IMG/VR virus record: IMGVR_UViG_3300050821_002540 | Coordinates: 1-64,000 of that record | Length of the DNA stretch: 64,000 nt | Direction: 5' to 3' (one strand) | From: a virus | Part shown: piece by piece, positions 1-7,962 of the stretch | How the letters are laid out: each line of letters opens with the position of its first letter | Numbering within the stretch: the stretch's first letter is position 1 | The notes under the pieces: model-generated | Seen by the model: the letters and a program-made list of their open reading frames with translations, nothing else | What the model was told of the DNA's origin: nothing | Database searches by the model: none | Made by a program: the position numbers and the translations under genes

Positions 1-372
1 GCCCCTACCCCCGAGCGGAGCGTTAACGACGCTCCGGCCGCGTCGAAGCCGACCGCGTCGAAGCCGACCGCGTCGAAGCCGACCGCGACGAAGCCGACTC
101 CCCGGAAGCGCGCGCCGAAGCCGGTCGCCGCTCCGTTTACCCCTTCTGAGCTAGCGGCGCGCGCTCTCGCCGTAGCGCCTCCCGCGTCCGCTATCGTCGG
201 CTACGTCGCGTACCTTAACCGCGTCGTAGGCGACGGGACGCTCTCCTTCCCTGACGGGGAGCCGGTCGGAAAGCTCTCGCCCCGCGAACTCCGCCTACTC
301 GCGCTCTCGATTAAGGGGTACGGCGCGTACCAGAAGTCGCCGGAGCGGCTCGCGGCTCGCGGACTCGTCTAG
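1..372 (+). CDS. 5'-truncated Ala/Pro/Lys-rich protein, paralog of the 22409 gene; almost free of TG/CA dinucleotides
   Basis: Frame 1 is open from base 1 to TAG 370-372 (APTPERS...ELRLLALSIKGYGAYQKSPERLAARGLV*). It shares RLLAL-x4-Y-x2-(Y/F)QKSPE-x2-AAR with the 22409 protein. Absent from the ORF track because no start lies in the window. Confidence 0.75.
   Translation, partial: APTPERSVNDAPAASKPTASKPTASKPTATKPTPRKRAPKPVAAPFTPSELAARALAVAPPASAIVGYVAYLNRVVGDGTLSFPDGEPVGKLSPRELRLLALSIKGYGAYQKSPERLAARGLV
40..99 (+). repeat. 15-bp tandem repeat GCGTCGAAGCCGACC x4 encoding ASKPT
   Basis: Three exact copies and one variant copy, read directly. Confidence 0.9.
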
Positions 373-380
373 GCCCTACC

Positions 381-418
381 GCGTAGGCCCTACGGCTAGC
401 TAGCCGTAGGGCCTACGC
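381..418. repeat. Perfect 38-bp palindrome (terminator, cruciform or end-processing site)
   Basis: GCGTAGGCCCTACGGCTAG followed by its exact reverse complement, just after the stop at 372. Confidence 0.85.
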
Positions 419-444
419 CCTTCGTACGGAGCGCGCGACGAGAG

Positions 445-830
445 CTGAGCCTGAGGCCCTGCCCCTCTGGGGTGGGGCCTCCTGGCTGCCCAGCCTCAGG
501 GCAGGCAGACAGCTGCCTGGGACAGCCAGGCAATTTTCAGACAATAATGTCTGTCTGTTTTCCCAGACAGGCAGACAGCCAGGCAGACAATTGCCACAGG
601 CAATTTTCAGTGGGCAGTGCCCAATGCCGCGAGTTGCTCTGTTATCCTGTCTTGAGCCAAACTTGAGTTTGAGCTCAAATTCTCTTGATCCAGTTTGCTA
701 GCGGGCTTGAGTTTTCTCCTGGCTATCTAGTTCTCTGGCAACCAGCCAAAGAACTCCAGTCTAGTTCTCCTGGCTATCTAGTTAGCCTGGAATTTGGAAC
801 CCAAATTCCATCTAGTTCTCCTGTTTTTGT
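445..830. repeat. Non-coding region with short repeats (CAGACA; TCTAGTTCTC; TTCTCCTGGCTATCTAGTT x2)
   Basis: Repeats read directly; only low-quality ORFs; hairpin GGAATTTGG/CCAAATTCC near 789-809. Confidence 0.6.
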
Positions 831-849
831 TAACAAAAAGGCGCATTTT

Positions 850-1296
850 TCATGCAAAAAGCAGGCAGAAAATTGTCTGTATTTTCTCGCATGTACGGAC
901 GCGCAGGAGTGCACATAAGCGCAGGTCACCAACATCAAGGTCATCACCAGCATCAGCAGGCACATCCAGCTGCGCAGCATCAAACACAACATGAGGGTCC
1001 AGCCCACTCACATCCCGGTACCTCTCATAGCTATACTCCTCACATGCAGCACGCAACTGTACAAGAAGCACAGTAATGTCCACACACGTCGGCTGTGCTA
1101 TCTCCCCGTGCATCTTCCTCTCAGCAGCCAGCAGCTTATCAAAGGCATCAATCATCCTTGCCTCCTCACGCGAGTACGGGCCACGCCTCAGGTTTGTCCT
1201 TGGCCCACGCTTCTTCCTCACCCTCCCCTGTACCACATCCATGTACGTCTCGCCCTCATCATACGCATCCGCACCAGCACCCGCACTAGCAGTCAT
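850..1296 (-). CDS. Hypothetical protein; likely real end at in-frame TTA 916-918
   Basis: ATG at 1296 overlaps the upstream TGA (ATGA). Acidic C-terminus ...DDLDVGDLR is followed by TTA and a junk-like tail. Confidence 0.55.
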   Translation of the reverse strand: MTASAGAGADAYDEGETYMDVVQGRVRKKRGPRTNLRRGPYSREEARMIDAFDKLLAAERKMHGEIAQPTCVDITVLLVQLRAACEEYSYERYRDVSGLDPHVVFDAAQLDVPADAGDDLDVGDLRLCALLRVRTCEKIQTIFCLLFA

Positions 1297-1445
1297 GTCC
1301 GAACCCTCATTGCAGCTACTTCCCATTCAAGCCGCTCATCCTCACTGAGCAGCTCCCACCTATTCCACACACGCTGTCCCACACGCCACTCCCTAGCACA
1401 CCACTCAGCGTACAGCTCATGTCCAGTCACTACATCTCCCGACAT
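1293..1445 (-). CDS. Small hypothetical phage protein (MSGDVVTGHELYAEW...)
   Basis: 50-aa ORF read manually, coupled by ATGA to the next gene. Confidence 0.55.
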   Translation of the reverse strand: MSGDVVTGHELYAEWCAREWRVGQRVWNRWELLSEDERLEWEVAAMRVRT

Positions 1446-1512
1446 ACCCTGCTCCATCTTTTTGCAACATACCTCACCTGCTGCCTAGGCCCCTACGGGG
1501 CCGATAGGCGAG

Positions 1513-1613
1513 CAGGGTAGGATCATCCTACCCTCAGGGTAACCAGGGTAGGTATAGTCGACTACACATACCCTGCCTACCCTCATCCTACCCTGCCCGC
1601 GACCAGGGTAGGT
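1513..1613. repeat. CAGGGTAGG/CCTACCCT iteron-like cluster; candidate replication origin
   Basis: About eight copies in both orientations within 100 bp, directly after the primase-helicase stop. Confidence 0.6.
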
Positions 1614-3643
1614 CACTTTTCCATAGCCTCCCACCCCTTTTCAGTGACAGTATGCCACGTTGTCTTGCCCCGTACAGGCTCCGTACGTGCAACGAAACCG
1701 GCGTCAATTGCAGCCTTTCGGATAGCCGCGCGGCGGTTCTTGTCGCCACCAATCAGGGCATCAAACTCAACGCCAGAGTACCTACCATCCTCTCCACCAT
1801 CACCCTTTAGTGCAAGGGCACGAAGCCCCTTCATTGCGTCAGGCACCACTCGCGGCCGTACAATGCCATCAGCAGACACCTCTACAACAAGCGAGCCTGG
1901 CTCCGTTCCAGACGAGGTACATGACAGGATTCCAGCTGCGCGGGTACCTGGCAGCTCACCACCAGAGCACCCCATTCGCACGGAACCAGGGCGGTCTTTT
2001 GTCAATGTAAGGTTGCTCCATCCAGAGACTCCTACACCGATTGGCTCGACATTCTCAACAAGATATGACGCACCATTCACCACGTTGAGCTTCATGACGC
2101 CACCCATTGCGTACCTGGAGCCACCTACCGAGGCAGCCTCTTTTGTCACATGGTCAGTGGCAATTGTACACACACCCCGGCCAAGCAGTGGGCGCACTAG
2201 GGCAGACCGGAACGCCGTTGCTGAGTCATTGTCCTTGACAGCCCAGCCGAACACCCCATACGCAGCAGTGACCCCATTGTGTATGACAATATCGGGGCAC
2301 CATGACACACACGCTGCCATGACATCCATAGCAGACCCTCGCGAGTCGGGTGTGGCAAACATGAACAGGTCCTCATCACCAAGCAGCGAGGCATCAAGTC
2401 CTGCGTTAAGGAGGCGGTTGCCACAGTCACCACCGTCACCCTCTTCCCAGTCAATCCATATGACTGACCGGCCCCGCGACAGCGATTCCTTCACTAGCCA
2501 CACAAGCAGCATGTCCTTGCCAGACTCTGTCTCACCATAGACAGTATGCTCCTTGCCAGCGTAGAACAGGCACTGTCCATCACCACGCTCACCATACACG
2601 GGCACGGCACGCGTGTACGTGCCATCGATGACGCCACTGAAGTTGAACCACACCGACGACTCGTCGTCACCCAGCTCACTACCATTGTCGGCATCACCAT
2701 CGGCACCACCCAGCTCTGAGAGCCTGGCTCCGGGAGTGTGACGCCAGCCACCCGTTGGGATGGCAGCACCAGCAAGGCCAGCACGGTCCCATGGGTCCGT
2801 GCTATCCCATGAGCGGAGCTGTCCACGGAGCACAGCAAGCTCAAGACAGTCAACAACCTCCTTGTCGCGCATGCCACGGTCATGAGCATCACGTGCCCAG
2901 GCAAATATGGCACCCCTCTGAGCACCAGAGCCAGCCGAGAGCACCTCTGACCACAGCCCACCAGCATCCGCCACCTCACTACCACTAGCCACCCCAGCAG
3001 CGGACGGGTGGGAGGCACGGTACATGGACAGGACCTCAGCGAAATGTCCTACAGGAGACAGCTGGCGGTTGCTGCCTACCCACTGGTAAGCACGGCCAGA
3101 AGGGTGCCGTGAGGGGGCAACGCCAATGAAGCCATTGGACTTGACCTGGCCACCTGGTATGTCACCCTGGCGTGGCCAGCCTGATGCCTCCAGCCCCCTG
3201 GCGTCATACAGGTGGTGCTCACCACCATCCCGGCCAGTGCGTGAGGAAACGTACTCTGGCTCATCAACATCCCACTGTTCCCATACAGATGGGTGGTCGA
3301 TGTCGCACACGAGCAGGCCTGAGCGCGGAGAGGTGATGAGCCCAACACGAGACCCGGCCCTCCACTCGTCAATTGACCGGTGAGACTCACGCTCCACAGT
3401 CGCGTATGACCAGCCAGCCTCATAACAGGGCATCTTGTTGCCATTGTATGAGCGCCATGGGATGGGCCAGAAGCCAGCGTCCAGGTACTCATGGGCGGCA
3501 GAGCGACAGTCAAGTCCAGAGACATCTGGCACAATGAGCGGGGGCTTTACGCCGCGCCCGCGCGGGGGTATACTCGGTGGCATAGGTGCCTCCTGAATGG
3601 TCATGGCAGCCTTTCTGGGGTAGTGGGAGTGGGGCCGTGGCAT
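1613..3643 (-). CDS. Bifunctional primase-polymerase (Prim-Pol) fused to a RecA/AAA-type helicase
   Basis: N-terminal AHEYLDAGFWPIP, LVCDID, TGRDGGEHHLY and APSRHPSG.AYQW motifs; C-terminal Walker A GETESGKD and a DH motif. Confidence 0.85.
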   Translation of the reverse strand: MPRPHSHYPRKAAMTIQEAPMPPSIPPRGRGVKPPLIVPDVSGLDCRSAAHEYLDAGFWPIPWRSYNGNKMPCYEAGWSYATVERESHRSIDEWRAGSRVGLITSPRSGLLVCDIDHPSVWEQWDVDEPEYVSSRTGRDGGEHHLYDARGLEASGWPRQGDIPGGQVKSNGFIGVAPSRHPSGRAYQWVGSNRQLSPVGHFAEVLSMYRASHPSAAGVASGSEVADAGGLWSEVLSAGSGAQRGAIFAWARDAHDRGMRDKEVVDCLELAVLRGQLRSWDSTDPWDRAGLAGAAIPTGGWRHTPGARLSELGGADGDADNGSELGDDESSVWFNFSGVIDGTYTRAVPVYGERGDGQCLFYAGKEHTVYGETESGKDMLLVWLVKESLSRGRSVIWIDWEEGDGGDCGNRLLNAGLDASLLGDEDLFMFATPDSRGSAMDVMAACVSWCPDIVIHNGVTAAYGVFGWAVKDNDSATAFRSALVRPLLGRGVCTIATDHVTKEAASVGGSRYAMGGVMKLNVVNGASYLVENVEPIGVGVSGWSNLTLTKDRPGSVRMGCSGGELPGTRAAGILSCTSSGTEPGSLVVEVSADGIVRPRVVPDAMKGLRALALKGDGGEDGRYSGVEFDALIGGDKNRRAAIRKAAIDAGFVARTEPVRGKTTWHTVTEKGWEAMEK

Positions 3644-3655
3644 GGCCCCACTGCC

Positions 3656-3868
3656 TTAACCATGTGCGGAGCGTGGCCGGGAACGGCTGATGTGGTACTG
3701 AAGCTCTGCTATGGAGCAGAAGTCAGCACCGCACTTGCAATGAGTAATGGTGCCTACACGCCTTGCATAAGCAAGCCTGTTGCTTGCGCTAATCATGTCC
3801 TTTGTCTCCTGGGACAGCTTGTGGCCACGGGGACGGCCACGGGGACGGCCAGTTGGCTTGTACGGCAT
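3656..3868 (-). CDS. Small DNA-binding protein (AT-hook-like GRPRGRP, NUMOD3-like SQETKDMIS, Cys/His finger)
   Basis: Motifs in the translation; GGGAGG RBS and an upstream promoter. Confidence 0.65.
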   Translation of the reverse strand: MPYKPTGRPRGRPRGHKLSQETKDMISASNRLAYARRVGTITHCKCGADFCSIAELQYHISRSRPRSAHG

Positions 3869-3897
3869 GATGCCTCCCGGTGAGAGGTGAGGGTTTA

Positions 3898-3926
3898 ATC
3901 CTACCCTACCCGCGAGCGCGCGTCTA
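3898..3926 (-). promoter_or_regulatory. Leftward promoter TAGACG-N17-TAGGAT
   Basis: Matches the repeated phage promoter consensus; precedes the 3868 and primase genes. Confidence 0.65.
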
Positions 3927-3945
3927 CCCCAGAAATCAGCAGGAC

Positions 3946-3974
3946 TTTACGCAGCCCCGGCGGCCGGGTAGGCT
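3946..3974 (+). promoter_or_regulatory. Rightward promoter TTTACG-N17-TAGGCT, divergent from the leftward one
   Basis: Same GGG-TAGGCT-AG -10 context as the other copies. Confidence 0.6.
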
Positions 3975-3980
3975 AGGCGT

Positions 3981-4100
3981 AGCCCGGCCGGGACTCGCCT
4001 CCACGGCTGGGCTGGGGCTGAGGGCCAGTACCCTTGCATAGCCAGCTCCCCCCAGCAGGCTAGCCTGACGGGAATACCCTCAGCCCCACCCTGGAGGCGA
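3981..4100 (+). ncRNA. Structured leader or sRNA with anti-RBS loop ACTCGCCTCC
   Basis: Stem AGCCCGGCCG/CGGCTGGGCT; second stem GGGGCTGAGGG/CCCTCAGCCCC; alternative pairing with TGGAGGCGA at 4092-4100. Confidence 0.45.
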
Positions 4101-4318
4101 AGGAGGCGACATGCAGTCATACAGCAATGGCGCGGGACCAGCGTTCCACAATGGCCCATCACTACAGTCACCAGACACGCACTGGCATGCCCTGGCATGT
4201 GGGCCGGTGGTGTTCCAGTGAGGTCACCACATCTTAATAACAGTGTACCGGGTATGACCAGGCTGGTACACAGGCTCCAGTACATCGCAGGATTCGCGAT
4301 TGGCTTTGGGGGTGCAGT

Positions 4319-4492
4319 ATGGGTGCTCAGCCTAACTCTCCACTGACAGTAAACCTTGCCCATGAGACCCTGGAATTGTGGATCTGTGGAATCTGCAAGG
4401 CAATTACAGCCAAAGAGGACAGGCAGTTCCACATTGACTGGCACGATGCCCTGGTTAACACGATGGCAATGGTGGCACATGGGAACCCCTGA
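4319..4492 (+). CDS. Small CxxC...HxxWH zinc-binding protein
   Basis: Manual translation ...WICGICKAITAKEDRQFHIDWHDAL... Confidence 0.5.
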   Translation: MGAQPNSPLTVNLAHETLELWICGICKAITAKEDRQFHIDWHDALVNTMAMVAHGNP

Positions 4493-4706
4493 CCCACCCT
4501 ACCCTCAGGATGAGCTGACAGGAGTGCTCAACAGTGTACTGCCGCCTGAGGTGCAGGGACGTGACCGTACCGAGTACGTAGCAGTAGGCATTGCACTGAA
4601 CAAGTTCTTTGCGATAAAATATGAGGACCTGACAATGGATGACCTTGACAAAATCCTGCGTGAGGTGTTCGACAAGGGGTACAACTGTCACAAGCTCGGG
4701 CAATGA
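4479..4706 (+). CDS. Hypothetical protein
   Basis: 3' part of ORF 4356-4706; ATGA-coupled to the next gene. Confidence 0.55.
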   Translation: MGTPDPPYPQDELTGVLNSVLPPEVQGRDRTEYVAVGIALNKFFAIKYEDLTMDDLDKILREVFDKGYNCHKLGQ

Positions 4707-5248
4707 CAAGGGTGACTGGCATTGGCTTTGAGCTGATGGGAGGAAGTAGGCTGGTGAGGTTCCGGACAACATTCAGCGCACCTTACTGGATGGCTGACCA
4801 CCCAGGTGAGCGCACAACATTTGCTGTAGCTATGTGGAGACAGATGGCTGTAGATGCAGGTCTTGAGCCACAAGGACAGCCGGAATACACCTACACCTAT
4901 GATGTTGACTCAATCATGATTGCGGCTTCTGGTGAAGTTGAGCCTACAACACAGACAATTGTAAACAGCATACTGCCTCCTGACAATGCATGGACTTTTG
5001 ACTTGCCGGCGGTTATGCTGGATGGTCAGGAAGTACAATGGCACTACGATAATGAGCCGCTTGTACCTGAGCTGCCGATGCTCCAGGATGCCCAGGGCAG
5101 CTTTACTGGGTTCTTTGACCAGCCATTTGAGACAGTAGTAAGGACACTGTTCGGCATCCCGGAGGCAGCATATGAGGATTTTGATGATGGCTGGGAATAT
5201 GGTAATGACGCTGCTCATTCAGAGAACTACGGAGACAAGAAGCTGTGA
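4703..5248 (+). CDS. Hypothetical acidic protein
   Basis: 181-aa ORF in a coupled operon. Confidence 0.65.
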   Translation: MTRVTGIGFELMGGSRLVRFRTTFSAPYWMADHPGERTTFAVAMWRQMAVDAGLEPQGQPEYTYTYDVDSIMIAASGEVEPTTQTIVNSILPPDNAWTFDLPAVMLDGQEVQWHYDNEPLVPELPMLQDAQGSFTGFFDQPFETVVRTLFGIPEAAYEDFDDGWEYGNDAAHSENYGDKKL

Positions 5249-5341
5249 CGATTGAAGGGAGCTATGTGTCTGCTGTATGGGACATTGCCGGATTTGCGCT
5301 GCTGATTGTAGTCATTGCCATTTACCGGAAGGGACGCAAGC

Positions 5342-5863
5342 GTGACGACTCCTGAGCTCCACCTGATTGGTGTTGATCCTGGCGGCACAACAGGAGTGAC
5401 CAGGCTGACTGTGCCAAGGCTCTCCATCTTTGGCGATGAACCACCACAGATTATTGAGTGGGACTACTTTGCCCTCAATGGCCCGGAGGCCAAGCAGGCA
5501 ACAGAACTCGCGAGGTATACAAGGGAAACGCAGAGCCTCTCATACAAGATTGGGCCTGCAATCGTGAGTGAGCTGTGGACACAGGACCCACGGTTTAAGA
5601 GCACGGACCCTGAGGCACTCAGCCCAGCAAGAATTAACGCAATGCTTGAGCTACTGCTTTACCAGAACCTGCTTGGTGATGCAACGCTTACGTTCCAGCC
5701 GAGGGGCATACGCCTGTCCATTGACGAGGACAAGCTGCGCAAGATGCGTATGTATGTCAAGCACAAGGACATACGTGCATCAACTCAGCATGCTGTTATG
5801 GGGCTGCGAAGGGCACGACAGAGCCTTGAGTTCGCAACAAAACTATGGCCGGAGGCAGTATGA
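5342..5863 (+). CDS. RuvC-like Holliday junction resolvase
   Basis: LIGVDPGGTTG N-terminal motif, central Glu, C-terminal HKDIRASTQHA helix. Confidence 0.75.
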   Translation: MTTPELHLIGVDPGGTTGVTRLTVPRLSIFGDEPPQIIEWDYFALNGPEAKQATELARYTRETQSLSYKIGPAIVSELWTQDPRFKSTDPEALSPARINAMLELLLYQNLLGDATLTFQPRGIRLSIDEDKLRKMRMYVKHKDIRASTQHAVMGLRRARQSLEFATKLWPEAV

Positions 5864-6004
5864 TAAACTGGCGCAAGTCATCAAGGAGCATGTACACAGG
5901 GAACTGCATCGAGGTTTCCAGTACAGGCACAGTAAACATCCGTGACAGTGGAGATAGGAGAACAACAATAAGCATTACAGTGAAGGGATGGGTGAAGTTC
6001 ACCA

Positions 6005-6175
6005 ATGATCTGCGAGCCGTGTAGGGACATGGACCACCCGAACTGTCCAGAGCTTGAGCGACAGCTCAGGCAGGACCTGACCAAGGAAGACAAGGCAGGC
6101 AGCCACAGATGTACCTGCCAGCACCACCCAGGGAGAGGGAATGGGCAAGAGAGACCACACGTGCAGCTACCGTGA
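6005..6175 (+). CDS. Small Cys/His protein (CEPC...H..C...CTCQH)
   Basis: Manual translation, 56 aa. Confidence 0.55.
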   Translation: MICEPCRDMDHPNCPELERQLRQDLTKEDKAGSHRCTCQHHPGRGNGQERPHVQLP

Positions 6176-6260
6176 AGTGAGCAGATGGACCAGCGGTGGC
6201 AAGACGTACGTGAAGATGGAGTGCTACAACTGCAGTAACAGCTACACAAAGGAGGCATGA
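6141..6260 (+). CDS. Small Cys/His protein (H.C...CYNC)
   Basis: 39-aa ORF with GAGGG RBS, ATGA-coupled to the next gene. Confidence 0.45.
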   Translation: MGKRDHTCSYREVSRWTSGGKTYVKMECYNCSNSYTKEA

Positions 6261-6358
6261 TGAAGTGCGAACATGTCAGTGACCTGAACAGGCCGTGCGG
6301 TGGCTGTAACTGCGGTGACTGCACGACATGCTGCGAATGTAGCCAGTGTCTTCCGTAG
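6257..6358 (+). CDS. Cys-rich micropeptide (9 Cys in 33 aa)
   Basis: AAGGAGG RBS; MMKCEHVSDLNRPCGGCNCGDCTTCCECSQCLP. Confidence 0.55.
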   Translation: MMKCEHVSDLNRPCGGCNCGDCTTCCECSQCLP

Positions 6359-6387
6359 GAAAAACTTCCTGTATTGCCCCAATACAG

Positions 6388-6416
6388 TAGCTTTGTCCTC
6401 GCGTACGCGGTAGGCT
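6388..6416 (+). promoter_or_regulatory. Promoter TAGCTT-N17-TAGGCT
   Basis: Repeated consensus followed by a hairpin and GGAGGCGA RBS. Confidence 0.75.
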
Positions 6417-6455
6417 AGCCGTAGCGCCCCGCTACGGGGCGCGCAGGAGGCGAGA

Positions 6456-6845
6456 ATGAAAACGGCAGACGACCGGCTTAGCAGGGCCGCCAGCGCTATC
6501 TGGCGCTGGCGCACTGCCGACCCGGACCCGATGGGTGACCCAAGCGGTGACTGCGGCGGCCTGATCGCAGTATCAGACAGGAACCACGTACTGAAGGCCG
6601 TGGCTGCGGCGGGGTACGCTAACCCCGGCGCGTATAACGCGGACCTGAGGAGCAGGATGGTAGGTGCGGACGGGAAGATGTCCCAGAACGTCTACTACCT
6701 GCTCTGTACGCTGGAGATCGAGAGCGTCTGCCCGAAGTGCGGGGCGGCGCTGAACGTGACCAGCCACTACACCCGGTGCTACGGCGGTGGCTGGGACACA
6801 TTCGAGAAGTGCCCCGTCTGCGACTACGCGGAGGTTTACGTCTGA
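6456..6845 (+). CDS. Hypothetical protein with C-terminal zinc ribbon
   Basis: CPKC...CPVC; strong RBS. Confidence 0.7.
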   Translation: MKTADDRLSRAASAIWRWRTADPDPMGDPSGDCGGLIAVSDRNHVLKAVAAAGYANPGAYNADLRSRMVGADGKMSQNVYYLLCTLEIESVCPKCGAALNVTSHYTRCYGGGWDTFEKCPVCDYAEVYV

Positions 6846-7039
6846 TGCAGATCTCGAAAAGGTGCCCTTCATGCACGAAGACATTCGTGATTGAGGTGCC
6901 GGACAATGAGTTTGAGGCATGGCAGGGCGGTGTCCTCATCCAGAACGCAATGCCGAGCGTCCCAGCCGATGTTCGTGAGCAGCTCGTTTCCGGCATCGAC
7001 TCCAAGTGCTGGGATGAGATGTTTAGCGAGGCCGAGTAA
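6845..7039 (+). CDS. Small phage protein (CPSC...LIQNAMP...REQLVSG)
   Basis: TGATG coupling with the upstream gene. Confidence 0.7.
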   Translation: MQISKRCPSCTKTFVIEVPDNEFEAWQGGVLIQNAMPSVPADVREQLVSGIDSKCWDEMFSEAE

Positions 7040-7375
7040 ACAGCGGGGCGGCCGGGCAACCGGCCGCCCTCTGTCGTAGGGGCTGGAACCATCCAGCCCT
7101 GACGATGGAGGCGAAATGTTTATTGTCATCACCACCAGCCCAAGTGACTCACCGGAAGACATTGATGAGTACTACGGCCCGTTCGCAACCGCAACGGATA
7201 CAGGCGACAGCCTGACGGATGCCGTCACCTGGATGAACAAGTGGGTCCAGGCACCGGTAACCGCACGGGCAATCGATCTGTTCCAGCCCTCCAACTGAAC
7301 ACAGCGGGGCGGCCCTGCTCAAGGGCCGCCCTCTGTCCCGGTGGCTGGACTCCAGCCACCAGGATGGAGGCGAGA
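7040..7375 (+). repeat. Duplicated two-hairpin intergenic module (about 7040-7115 and 7301-7375)
   Basis: ACAGCGGGGCGGCC-loop-GGCCGCCCTCTGT, then GGCTGGA-loop-TCCAGCC, then TGGAGGCGA and ATG, in both copies. Confidence 0.8.
7116..7298 (+). CDS. Hypothetical protein
   Basis: GGAGGCGA RBS; 60 aa. Confidence 0.65.
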   Translation: MFIVITTSPSDSPEDIDEYYGPFATATDTGDSLTDAVTWMNKWVQAPVTARAIDLFQPSN

Positions 7376-7729
7376 ATGGGAACTGACCAGGGTGGATTCA
7401 CTGGCCGTACAAAGAGCGAGCCAGGATTCCACTACCACAACGGGAATGCGTACCTTGACCAGGAATGCGCTTGCGAGCTGCGCCCGGCAACCATAGACAA
7501 TGTGAAGGCACACGCCCTGAAGCACTACGATGAGGGCGGCTGGGACGTTGTCGTCGAGACAATGTCCGACAAGAGCATCCAGGAGACGCTCCTGATGATG
7601 GATGCGGGTGGCCACGACTTCACGGAGCCGTGCATCACCCTCAAGGACGCGACCGAGCACTCACTGCTCCGGGTGCTCGTAAGCATCTGGTCTGACCAGC
7701 AGGCCGACGCCAGAAACAGCGCGTTCTGA
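7376..7729 (+). CDS. Hypothetical protein
   Basis: GGAGGCGAG RBS; HALKHYDEGGWDVVVET motif. Confidence 0.7.
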   Translation: MGTDQGGFTGRTKSEPGFHYHNGNAYLDQECACELRPATIDNVKAHALKHYDEGGWDVVVETMSDKSIQETLLMMDAGGHDFTEPCITLKDATEHSLLRVLVSIWSDQQADARNSAF

Positions 7730-7962
7730 TGGCTGCTGTCAGGCAGAACCCGGTGCAGGAACCGGATGTGCCTGGGCGATGCGCTGGCGTGAAGACGCCA
7801 ACTGGGAGGGCACCGTGCTACCTGCCCTCAAAGTGGGCCATCTTCGACCAGGACACTCCGACAACTGACGCTCCTGCCCGCTGGGCATGCAACAAGCACC
7901 TTGCCGGGAACATCGGCCACCTGGGCAGCATGGTGCTCCCCGCAGACTGGAGGCGCCAGTAA
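7729..7962 (+). CDS. Small Cys-containing hypothetical protein
   Basis: TGATG and TAATG coupling on both sides. Confidence 0.6.
   Translation: MAAVRQNPVQEPDVPGRCAGVKTPTGRAPCYLPSKWAIFDQDTPTTDAPARWACNKHLAGNIGHLGSMVLPADWRRQ

Noticed and set aside
40-99. Tandem repeat as a CRISPR array
   Set aside because: There are no spacers; it encodes ASKPT repeats. The Cas4-like gene sits in a recombination module with no cas operon.
381-418. Protelomerase target site
   Set aside because: No protelomerase or tyrosine recombinase is recognisable in the window; kept only as a palindrome.
1-445. Simple CpG-island (5mC deamination) explanation for the islands
   Set aside because: It could explain CG loss elsewhere but not TG/CA falling far below chance; no cytosine methyltransferase was seen. 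Not fully excluded.
4356-4478. Internal TTA codons in ORF 4356-4706 as counter-examples
   Set aside because: They lie upstream of the likely start at 4479, where another frame (4319-4492) encodes a more credible Cys/His protein.
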